DNA from: Eledone cirrhosa
Taxonomy: Eukaryota
Assembly (NCBI GenBank): GCA_964016885.1
Contig: OZ024744.1
Coordinates: 103,540,001-103,604,000 of the forward strand
DNA: 64,000 bases
Direction: 5' to 3'
Position 1 is the stretch's first letter, and the number at the start of each line of letters is the position of its first letter. This document shows, piece after piece, positions 52,655 to 64,000 of this stretch. The notes under the pieces were generated by a model, which ran no database searches, was not told the DNA's origin, and worked only from the letters and a program-made list of their open reading frames with translations. Made by a program: the position numbers and the translations under genes.

Positions 52655-53510
52655 TAAAGTCTATGCTAAATGTCTGACAAAGAGAAACGGGGAGATTGTT
52701 GAGGTTAAGCTGATGAATAGTTCAGTTTTCACCCCAGGTGCAGCACAGCCAACCAAATATTTACACTGCGGCAGGTCTTTGAGAAATTGTAGGAGTATGA
52801 AATTCAGTGCTGCGCAAACTGAGACACTTTTTCTCTCAAGGAATCCCACACAGTGCACCCTATATATGAATGGAGTTCCACTGAAGCAGGTAGAGAAGTT
52901 CAAGTATCTTGGGGCCATGTTCATGAGTGATGGAAGGCAAGAGGCTGAATTAATCGCAAGAATTGCAGGAGCTGGCATATTACTGTGCCAGCTTCAGCAT
53001 TTGGTAATCAGAAGAGAAGTAGGTATAAAAGCCAAACTCGCTATCTTGAATTCAGTATTCATGCCAACCTTTTTTATGGTCTTGGGTAATAACCAAAAGA
53101 ATACAATTGCAAATACAAGCAGCCGAAATGGGGTTCCTCCGAAGGATTTTTGGAGTAACGTTACTCAATAGAGTGTGTAGCTTGGAGATCAGAGAGTCAC
53201 TCCAGGAGGAACTGCTACTTCTCCGAATTGTGAGATCACAGCTCCAATACTATGGACACATGGTTTGAATGTCTCAGGAAAGAATCGATAGACAGATTTT
53301 ATGTGCAAAACCAGCCGGCAGGAGACTTGGTGGTAGACCCCGAGCAAGATGATTGGATAACATCCATGAGTTTGGCTGGTCTCACTTGGGGATCCAGCCA
53401 TATCAGTTGGAGATGGTTGCTTCTGACAGGACCTGCTGGAAGGAGTGTTTGAGGACTCTGCCCCCACAACCGTCCCGGGAATAAGTGGGCAAAGAAGGAG
53501 GAGGAGAAGA
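52655..53510 (+). mobile_element. RTE family C RT/3' remnant
   Basis: KVYAKCL, QVEKFKYLGAMFMSDG, degenerate 3' end with GAAG/GAG tail. Confidence 0.7.
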
Positions 53511-53736
53511 ATTAGTTTAAAAGTCTGTACTGATGCATTCAGGTTCAAAATGTATAATCTTGTTTACGTTCTATATATGTATTGGTTACTGCAAAGCCTC
53601 TATATTATTTATAAATGTCAATTATTGCTCAACATCAAGCCCCTCTCATATGGTGACTATTTCAGATGGAGTTGCCTCTCTAATGTAATTTTTTTTTTTT
53701 TAGGCCAGCAATAGCACCTGGCTACTCTGAATTAGA

Positions 53737-54573
53737 CACTGGGATAATGAAATATTTCTAAATATCTATATTAAACATTTCAGTCCATTTGAGTATCATT
53801 GTATTGGGTACCATCAAACAAAAGTGTAGCTTAATTCAAAAGTATGTGTTATTTTCATGTGAAATCAATCTGTTGCAAGCTCCACAAAAAACATTCAAGT
53901 CTGCATAAAACTTCAGCTTTTAAGTCCATTTAACGGAATTGCTGATGGGAAGTCCACCATAGCCAGAGGATTCTAGGAAATATTAACTCTATAGTGTGGA
54001 CTGATGTGAAATTTTTATAATTTGGGTTTTCCGAAGACTTTTTGATAGTAAAAATGGAATAATTTCATTACATTTCTAAAAGTTGCTTGATTTGTGTTAG
54101 ACTTGTTTAGAAAACTCCACTTAACAGGGTACAGATGTCTAAAATTCATTAATTATAAACCATGGGAATTCCAAACTTCAGACAAGTCTTCTTGCCCTTG
54201 GTCCAACGACGCAGATGCTCGGAGCATGTCTTGCATACTATGTGTGGCACCCAAGCTTTATCCTGGTCACCAAGTTTCATACCAAAATAAGCATGATAAG
54301 CATGCTTTATGAAACTTGTGACTGGATTCCTGTTAGGAATATTGGTGTATTCGCTGCAGATGTAAGAAATAAGACAGAATTTTGCATCATATAAATAGAA
54401 AATACCCGTACATGTAAACAAAATCGTAAAAAACGTAAAAAAAACATTGTGTGGTGATACATCAAAAAGTTGAGCTGATTGAGTAAAACCAATGTGATTT
54501 TTAGATTCAGCACATCAAAATTTTCCTAAATCAGTTAAAAAAACTTAGACAATAATTTTGGTGTTGGCCAGTG
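53737..54573 (-). mobile_element. Chapaev3 (CMC) transposon deletion derivative
   Basis: YICSEYT..AYHAYFGMKLGDQDKAWVPHIVCKTC..LRRW..FGIPMV; CACTGG termini (left end uncertain). Confidence 0.75.
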
Positions 54574-55049
54574 TTATCATTCAGAAAAGTACCAGTTAAA
54601 TCTCTGATTTACTAGCTTTAATATTTTATGACCTATTGATTTTGGATGATTTTTCAAGATATTTTGTGGATTTTTGTTTACTAAATTTTTCTGCAAAAGA
54701 AACAAAAGAGCTGCAAAATTACTAACTTAAAATCATCATGTTCTATAGACACAATCTTTATAGCTGTGATTATTTGCTTCTTCTCCCTAAAGGTTGGTCT
54801 TATTCAACAAAAAAATTGCTATAAACAATAAGAGGAAACACTTCAAAATATACTATTTTCCCCCTCTGGGTGCCAAGTGCTAGGTTGCCCAGGTTTGAGG
54901 CCAAAGTGTCAAAGCTGGAGGGAGATAATGTGTTGCAGCACATCATATTCCAGATTAGGGATTTACCTCCTTTGCTGGGTGCTTACCATTACCATGATGG
55001 AGGCTAGCTGGCTCTAGTTCTGATGGGAAGTTGGCTGTGTTGAAGCTCA

Positions 55050-56010
55050 TTGTGAGTATATTGTTCTGAATGTTCTATCGAAGGAACCAATCTGCACTCT
55101 GTTGACATGATAGCAGGTGCAGACAGAATTTGTTAATTAACAATGACATTTATGCTGCTTATACATGCAGAGCGTGAGGCACTAGGCCACTTTAATGCGA
55201 GGGCACTCATCAAAAAGAGTACAGGTTGATGAGGAAGGCACCGAATTGAGCTATACCTCACTGTTTGGCTATGAGGCACAATAGGAGCAGGCAAGACAGT
55301 ATTGGTCTAAGGAAGACGTGATCCACATGAAGGTTGACTTGTATTTAATGTCATCCTAGTTGCATAGGGAATCTGCACACTGGGGACTGCAAGGCCTTTG
55401 TTGATCCAGCATGGGTGTAGTTTGAACTTGGATATGGTTCCACAATGGCATTTGTCTGAAGGTTGAGGTGTTGGGCTATACTGATGTGAGTGTACTGATC
55501 ATCAAAAACAGTACTAGTTGATGGAGAGGGCATTAAATTAAGCCATGCACTGTTTGGCTGTGGTGCAGAATTGAGGCAGAGAAGATGTTGGTTCAGGGAA
55601 TACTTGATCCAGATGAAAAAGTTGATCTGCAATTGGTGTCTTCCTGGTTGCGTAGGTAACCTATATACTAGTAGATGGGGAGGTCATTGTCAACCCAAAC
55701 AGCCAGAGCTGATTCAAGTTCCCGGTTTATGTCTGGAGAGATCTTCACAGATGAGGGTGTGACTGGAGATTATGGAAGTTTAGTAGACTGGCAGAAAAAA
55801 GTAAGATATAAGAAAATATAGGACACCAAACATCATGGGGATGTTTTGCCTGTTGCTAGCTGGCATCATTACAGATGAGGTCAGTGCAGTGACAGATGGT
55901 AGCCTCAAATTCATTGAGGCAATCAGCATTAGGTTGAAACAGTTCCTCAGGAGGAAGAGTGAGTGTTGCACATTGATGAGATATTATTTCTTTGACGTCC
56001 TTGCTTGGTC
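55050..56010 (-). mobile_element. Highly decayed non-LTR element (endonuclease-like region)
   Basis: Only weak motif remnants (TLICEDL similar to ILCGDFN; LDQVFPEPT). Confidence 0.3.
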
Positions 56011-56159
56011 AGATTGTTTGGTCTCCTGATACTTTCATATGGCTTTCAAGAGAATTGGGGAGCTGAGAATATACTGTATTTTTCAGAATATGGGATGTGC
56101 TTTTTTCCAAAAAATTTGATCCTCAAAATCACTGTGCGTCTTATAAGAGTGTTATATAT

Positions 56160-58800
56160 AATCATTTTACATCTGCTGTTCCATACTTGCATAGGTTGGA
56201 TGGATCATTTTCAACACATATCTCCACCTATTATGTTCTTTTGTCATCTCTGTGAGCTTTCAGTGATTTGAGATCAGCTCTCACCACTTCCACTCAGGTC
56301 TTCCTTGGTCTACTGGGATTACTTGGCACTTCTTCACCCAACAATCATCCATATGCATCACCTGTCCATACCAACACAGTCTCCTCTCCTGATTTCTCTT
56401 ATACACAGATTTTCTCTCAGTTTATCTAATCTTTGTTGTTCTCTTGCATTAGTATTACATATTCATCAAAGCAAACTTGCTTCATTTCTCTGCAGCCTTC
56501 ACATGTCCTCTGCATTTAATGCCCTTGTTTCACTACCATACATTCTCACACTTTGCACACAGACATCATACATCCAATTTTATGTTGTCAACAGGTAGTA
56601 GTTTCCTAAACATCTTCCATCCTGTCCTTTTTCTAGCTACTATTCTCTCAGAGCACCCTCCGCAATGCTTAATTATATCATTTAAATAGCAGAGGTTATC
56701 AACCACTTCTCTGGATCCTTCCTGAGATTGGAAACATTTTTATTATTAGCACCCTTATCAATTGGCCCTTAATATCTACTACATACAAAGTCTGCCTTTC
56801 TGATTAGTCTGCCTGTTATCCTACTACACCTCTTTTGTACATCATAGAGTTTAAACCTGCTCATTTTCTACATATCAAGCAAGCAATTTACCTGATAAGA
56901 TCAGGCCCCTATCTACTTTCCTACTTGTTATCATTTTGGGGTTTTTTTTTTCCAAGTTTACTCTAAGCCCTTTTGTTTCCACAGCCAAAATTTATTCTAC
57001 AGTTCTTCCACAGAGTCAGCTATGAGGATCATATCATTGACATACAGAAGTTACCATGGACAACCAGTCATAAACCTCTGTTATGGCCTTGAGGACTAGG
57101 ATAAACAGAAGTGGTCTAAGAACTGAACAATCATACATTCCTATCTACCGTATATACTCGCGTGTAGGTCGCCCCCTACTTTTCATACCTACTTTTCATT
57201 TAACAAATAGGCTATTTGCCATTGACTCGCAGATAGGTCGCACTGAAATTTGGGCCGTCTTTTATGATAATTGAAACTAATAATCTGTTATGTTAGCTTT
57301 CCATTACTTTGCCGTTGCGATATATACTCCAAACCATGTTTTATTTATAAAATAAACATTAACGTCATCAAAATTTCGGCAATTCAAGATTACTGCGAGA
57401 TAAAGCCTTTAAGCGCGAAAATTAGCTCTTACTATAGTGAAACAACTTGAAATAACATGTGTTTTTTAACGTTGAAAGTATAACAGATTTTTAGCGTATC
57501 AACATGGCTTCCCAAAGTAGCGAATGCCGACTTTGAAGGTTTTACATGCGACGACATTCGAAATGAAAAAGAAACACAAGATAATATTAGTGATTTATCT
57601 TAAAATGAATCAGACGTATTTATTTCCGACGATGATAGTTACTTTGAAAGTGAAAGCGAAGATCTGACGGACACCATTGAATATATTACAGCAACGTGGT
57701 TGAAAGATACAACACCAATACATGTTCACACCTATTTCTAAATTCTTCTGCATAACCAACCACCTTTAACTTGAAAACAGTTTGATAACTTTTTCTCTTA
57801 CCGGAATTCATATTTCTCAGTGAATTATAAAAAAAATTTCAACTATCAACTTTTCTCACTTGCTAATTTTGAAAAGAAACGCCACGTGCAATAATCTGTT
57901 AAAGTAAATACGTCACAATACGTGTTCATAGCAACGCTAAGACAATGAAATCACATTTTAAATACCGGGTATGCATTTCTATGGATTTTAATGACGGATG
58001 GTTCGGTCAGATAGAAAAAAACGTAAACACTACGAAGTTTTAGTAAAAAATTTAAAATCAAGAAATATATGTATAAGAAGGTAGATATATGAAATTATTA
58101 TGTTAAATAATAAAAAATATTAACAAAGTTATTTTTATAAATACCCATCGTTGATTAAGTCTATGAAAAATCATTGGTCAGTCTGATGTCGATTGGATAG
58201 GTCGCACGCCAAAAATTTATACTTATTTATCGTTAAAAAAGTGCGACCTATACACGAGTATATACGGTACCTTGAATTTCTCACTAAACTCACTTCCTAT
58301 TTTCACTTTACGTACAACACCTCAGTACATGGCTTGCACTACTCTTACAAGCCATTTTTCTACACCTAGTTTTCTTAAGGACCACTAGATGACTGATTGG
58401 AGTACACTGTCAAAAGCTTTCTCTAGATCAACGAAAGTTAGATGTAGAAACTTACTCTTAACTAAAAAGAGGGCATCCACAGTGCTCCACTCTGGCATAA
58501 AACTAAACTACATCTCATCTATTTTGACTCTTTCCCTAATTTTATTCCTCTGTAGTTGCTCCTTTCTAAAGGATCACCTTTTCCCTTGTAGGAATTAATT
58601 ATTGTACTACTGTGCTAGTCATTAGGTATGACCTCATCCTGTATTATCTGATTGATTATGTTCAACTCCTTCCCCAGATGCTTTCAGTATCTCAGCAACT
58701 ATCTCAGATGGTCCCACAGCTTTACCGTTTTTCATCTCCTTGATTGCTTCTTTGATCCTATAGCTCTCAATTTCGATAGCTGGTCCCTCTATTGGACATC
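56160..58800 (-). mobile_element. Degenerate RTE LINE split by a TIR element
   Basis: Colinear with 48290-49990. Confidence 0.8.
57148..58267 (+). mobile_element. Non-autonomous Tc1/mariner-superfamily (Tc2/pogo-type) element
   Basis: TA TSD; TIRs CCGTATATACTCGCGTGTAGGTCGC and GCGACCTATACACGAGTATATACGG. Confidence 0.85.
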
Positions 58801-58984
58801 AAGGCACTTTTGTAAGTGATGATAACAACCATTTATATCATGCTGATTGAATTGAGGGTCCTAAGAATTTAACTATATCAAAATAGTCATTTCTACATGA
58901 TTAATGCTCTTAAATTGGGTACATTTAAAACATTTAAAAATGTTTTAAATGTACCCAATTTAAGAGCACAGTTTAGGAATAAAA

Positions 58985-59250
58985 AAAATCAGAAGGGGAC
59001 TAAATCAAGATTGTAGGGTGGATGTCTATAATTACACATCAAAATTCCTGCAAGGTCCCCCTTTTTAGATAAGAGAATTGGGGTCTGATGAAGTATTCCA
59101 GGGCTCTTTTCTGCTAAATTGTCCATTTGTAAATTGCTGATTTTTTTAAAGGGAAGTATCTCCAGAAATATTTCTCGAATATTCAACAATACCCTTTTAA
59201 ATTTGATGTTGGTTCTTGCTTCAGTTTTGACAGAACATGTTACTTTAAGA
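58985..59250 (-). pseudogene. mariner transposase remnant
   Basis: KTEARTNIKF and HPPYNLDLVP (similar to HPPYSPDLAP). Confidence 0.65.
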
Positions 59251-59254
59251 GTGG

Positions 59255-60030
59255 TTATTATCATCATCATCATCATCATCACCATCATTTTACTCCTGTT
59301 TGCAAGGGTGGGATGGGTCCTATTCAGTACAGCATCTCTCCACTTGTCACGGTCCTTCGTCATCTGCTCCTTGAGCTTCAGCTATCTGAGGTCTGCTCTC
59401 ACCACCTCCACCCATGTTTTTCGTGGTCTTCCTCTACTGCATCTTCCTTCTACTGGGATTTCTTGGCACTTCTTTACTCAGCTGTCATCCTCCATGCGCA
59501 TCACATACCATCGCAGTCTTCTCTCCCGCACACCACAACTTATCCCTCTTATACAGTTTCTTTCTCAACTCGTCTGTGCTTGGTCGTTCACGCACGTTGA
59601 CATTGCACATCCAACGGAGCATACTTGCTTCATTTCTCTCCAACCGTCACATATCCTCTGTAGTTTCTGCCCATCTCTCACTACCATGCAGCATCGCGCA
59701 TCGTTTCGTACACAGGGAGAAATCCTTCTTTGTCAACAGAGGAAGCAGCTCCCTGAACTTCTTCAAACCCATCCTTATTCTAGATAATATGGCCTCGGAA
59801 CCCCTCCCCCCCTCCCATGCTAATCTGATCACCTAGGTCCTGGAAGCTATCAACCACTTCTATAGAACCCACCTGCATTTGAAAAATGGGTCTCCCTACC
59901 TGTTAGTTTGCCTGCTATCCCACTACATCTCTTGTGTACCAAAGATCTGCATTGTGTGCATTTTATAGAATTTATGCCAGTTCCTTTTCTACATATTGAA
60001 CATGGCCATTTCCCTGATGGAATCAGAGTT
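59255..60030 (-). mobile_element. RTE family A 3' fragment with (GAT)n tail
   Basis: Colinear with 48270-49120. Confidence 0.9.
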
Positions 60031-60482
60031 TTTAAAATAGTGTAAATTTCAATTTATTGCTTCAAATTACTTTCGGATCATACAAATTAGAACATGTATG
60101 TACATGTTTAAGTTGCTACCAGCAAGTAGCAAAATGTTTGTATAGTGTCCCTATAAAAGACATTTTCCACAAACTTTTTGAATGCCCCTCATACATAAAA
60201 GGGTTGGATGTGATTTGAGGGAGATTTATTTACTATTTCTATCATGGCGATCTACAGCATAAAGATCTCCCTTTTATGGTACATACTTATATCTATGATA
60301 TTGTCAATGCTACCACTACCTGGTAACTAGATATGCTAGAAATAGCAGCCCTCAAATTACACCTTATTAAATTAAGATACATTAATACAATACCCAGACA
60401 CTACCATATATATCAGCTAGTAAAATATGTATATACATGTAGATTTAATATTATTTTCTTTATTTTTACTTGTTTATTCCAG

Positions 60483-60530
60483 GCCGACCTTTAACCAAGA
60501 TGCATGAAAAGGACGACCAACATTTATACT
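60483..60530 (+). CDS. Candidate 48-nt internal exon of the host gene
   Basis: Long pyrimidine tract, TTCCAG acceptor and GTAAGT donor; only the phase-1 frame is open: (G)RPLTKMHEKDDQHLY. Confidence 0.55.
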
Positions 60531-60634
60531 GTAAGTTGTAATAAACAGCCTTTCAATTTTTAATTAATTCTCCAATGTGTTATATAATGTCTAATGTCTG
60601 TCTCAAGCCCAGTACTTACCTCGGTTTCTATGGC

Positions 60635-60812
60635 GTGAAGCAACTGAAAGTACAAGGCTCTTCCCTCCCCCAGCTATTGCTGGTACTCATATTTTTTTCA
60701 GTTGAGTATACTGGAGCAATGTGAACACAACATGCAACCCAGCCCAGGAATCGAACCCTTGACATTATGATTGTAAGTCCAACACCCTTACCTTTAGGCC
60801 ATGTGCCTCCAC
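60635..60812 (-). mobile_element. tRNA-derived SINE
   Basis: TGGCCTAAAGG A box and GGTTCGATTCC B box on the - strand. Confidence 0.7.
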
Positions 60813-61373
60813 TATTATATATAAAGGAACACATATATATATACACCCCCACAAATATGACTCCCTTGTTGATCTACTCATATTCTACCTTCACTATAAA
60901 CCTCCACACAGTTCATGTCCCACTCCACTATCAATCATTGGTAATTGCTATCATCAAAGTAACCTTATCCCTACTCTCAACTATACACTGTCAGAAGCCA
61001 GCCAATTCCCTTCAATTCATACCCTTGTTAAATCCCACTAAACTTTTCATAAACAAACCACATACTTATCATGTTTCCTACTCCCTTCTTTGTAAGGTAA
61101 AAAAGATCCCCACTACAAAACCCCTCTGAACACTTGGTAGATTGTGGAAATGGATGTTAGCAAGATAGAGGCATCAGGTCTATCTAATATATCAATAGTT
61201 CTGGTTAAGTAGAGATTCAATCCAACATGACATTTCTAGCCTTTGCTAGCAGGTAAAACAGACATTTAATAATGATGATAACACTCACACATACATATGC
61301 ACACATGCTTTCTTAACCTGCGACTTAAGAAGTCATACATATGGTGTGGAAAACTATTAATTAAGATGAATAA

Positions 61374-61600
61374 GACAGTCCACGCTGTAATGTGGCCGTG
61401 TAGGCAACACGGTAAAAACCTCCCAGCCCCACACTGTAAATGTGGTTGGTGTTAGGAAGGGCATCAAACTGTAGAAAACCCGCCAGACAGTCCTATGCGA
61501 GCAAGACAACCACTCTTGCCTCAAGTGGGAAAACCCCCGTCCAAACCCATGCAAGCGTGGAACACGGACGCTAAACCTGATGATGATGATGATGATGATG
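61374..61600 (+). mobile_element. Short RTE family B 3' UTR/tail insertion
   Basis: Near-identical inverse of 28318-28540 with (GAT)n tail. Confidence 0.85.
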
Positions 61601-62199
61601 AATACTATTTCCAGCAGTAATGCCTTGTTAAATAACTGGATATTCTTCTGATGATATATCCATGGCTGGATATGACATCAACATTAACAACACTGAATCA
61701 AAGAAAAACAACAAAGAGAAAAGTAAAAGGAATCTTTTAGTTTGAGTTACAGAAGGAAACGAAACTATAAATCACATTTTTCTTGGAGTTTTGAACACAA
61801 TAATGACCTATTTGTTATAACATGGCACAAAAAGATCCCTCTGATGTCTATATAAACAAAATGAAGCTACACTGGGATAAACTTCACCTAAACAATTATG
61901 CCAACAAGTAGCATTTGTCAAACATAAAAATAATATATTATTTAAAACAATAATGAAAGTATGAAACACTTACAAATAACAACACTAAGTAATCAGTCTT
62001 GTAGATCAGACATTCAATCAACATGTGTCACAACAGGCCACCATGTTACTAGGTTTTCTTGTAGCTAGTCTGACCATCAACAACAAATAACAGCAATACA
62101 TAAACAGTCTCTTGAAACAGCCATGTTGGTGACATGTCACAACAGACTTTACCTCGACTGTTAAATTTCAGTCAGGTTAACCACTAACATCCAAATACC

Positions 62200-64000
62200 A
62201 TCAGTGATATTAAGTTTACAATTAACTGGGAAAGTGAAAAGTATAAACAGTTAAAATATATTCTTAGCAAAACATTCTAGAGATTAATCTGTGTATGAAA
62301 CTTTCTCTTGAAAAAAGACATAAAATGACAATATTAAACAATTCATGAAATTCTGAATGCTATTGACGAAATTGGAGGTGAATATTGATAATAAATTAAG
62401 CCCTTACATTTTGGCAAATTAATGTCTGGCTATATTCCATGGCAATGACGGAAATATTATTTTGGTGATAATAGGGATGTTAACAGAAACAAAGCAACAC
62501 AAAATAATGCTATGATATATTACAAAAGTAGAAAATAAGATTGCTGACCTACAGAAAAGTATAAGATATGTGACATTGCTCTCCACATGTAAACAAGAAC
62601 AAAAAAACTACATTCCTCACCAACAAAGTGAAAAATAGAATAGAAACAATGTTTGGAAACAGTACAATCAAAACACTCAAATAAAAACTGAGAGCTGTCA
62701 ATAAGAATCTTCAATACCAGAAGGGGGGGGGGGGGGGTTGAAAAGAAAATGATTAATAAAAGATTCAGATGAAACCAAAAATCAGTCTATAGAGATATGA
62801 AGGACAGTAATAAATGTCACTGAGGCCCCATCCCAGAAAGACATAATTCCTTCTGGAGACATATTGGGTAAGGAAAAGAAATTCAACCAAGATACAGTGT
62901 GACAGAAAGATATCCAAACTACTGATCCTGCATTACATCAAAGACATGCAGCATTAATGATGATACCTTGAGGTGGTGATAGAAAAACTTCAAGATAAGA
63001 CAGCACCAGGAAGAGAATTGTACAAAAAACTGACTTTGTATCATATGTATCTTATCAATCAGCACACTCTCAAGGGAGTATATATACCAAGTTGGTTGAC
63101 ATTAGCAGAAACAATATTGGTCCCCAAAACAAAAAAAAACTACCGACATATTGCATACCAGAACCTAATATGTTAAATGTATATATAGCCTGTCTGAACC
63201 TATTCCTACAGGATCACTGATAATGACAAAATTATCACAGATGAGCAAGAAGCTGGAAAGAAAGGAGTTTGGGATGTGGTTGAGCAATTCCTAATTAACA
63301 AAACCACAATGTCAGAGATGCAGTGACATAAGAGTAACTTAGTTGCACTCTGGCTGGACTACAGGAAAACATTCAATTCTATTCCCGACTCTAGGTTGCT
63401 AGAGACTTGCTAAAATCCTAGATACCATTATCAGAGCCACAGAGAACCTATCTTCTATCTTGGGCTACTAGCCTATAGTTAAATACAAAGAAAGTGAACT
63501 AAATTGTCATGGATAAAATAGAATATCTCAGGAGTATATTTCAAGGAGACAGTCTCTCTTTGATGCTATCTATACTGTCAATAAACCCCTTGTCCTTTAG
63601 GCTCAAGAATTATGAAGGCTACATAATTGGTTCACAGGAGGATAGGAACACACACCTAACACATAACTTCATTGTGAATGACCTCAAACCTTATGCTAAG
63701 AACATAAATGGTATGAAGAAAAACCTTGACCTGGTTATGGTGTTCTCAAAAGATATAGCAATGGAGTTTAGCCAGGATAAATGTTCCTATATGATTGTAA
63801 AACTAATCTAGTAACATCTCTACCAATGGCCTGACTGTTTCACCGATATCTGACAAGGACTGCTACAGCTACTTAGGGTTAAATGAAAATATATCCTATG
63901 ATGGAATTTGTAACAAGGAATGAGTAACCAGGGAATATAACAACTGAATAAGAAAAATATGATCTTCTGACCTCTCTCTACACAATAAATCAGTGGCCCA
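62200..64000 (+). mobile_element. Degenerate R4/Dong-clade non-LTR element (runs off the window)
   Basis: NYRHIA, WLDYRKTFNSIP, SIFQGDSLS..INPLS, THNFIVNDLKPYAK, YLG. Confidence 0.8.

Overview
Eukaryotic, AT-rich animal DNA made almost entirely of transposable elements and satellites. The repeat spectrum looks cephalopod/Octopus-like (inference). No complete host gene is present. Two unique-sequence exon candidates (13482-13617 and 60483-60530, + strand) have canonical splice sites and compatible phase, suggesting most of the window is one large intron. Elements seen: Penelope-like elements (PLEs), several RTE LINEs (one near full-length with a PHD-type finger in its RT), CRE-, R4- and L1/Tx1-clade fragments, Helitrons, piggyBac, a Tc2/pogo-type TIR element, Chapaev3, Transib, mariner, a solo LTR, tRNA-SINEs and two minisatellites (68 bp and 41 bp). 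The most notable structure is a 4.3-copy tandem array of ~317-bp units fused to a PLE reverse transcriptase. Each full unit carries an antisense hammerhead ribozyme with a compensatory U3-A8 core, a retrozyme/circRNA-like design. A nearby cluster of long perfect palindromes also carries hammerhead motifs. All calls were made by eye; no searches or folding programs were run.
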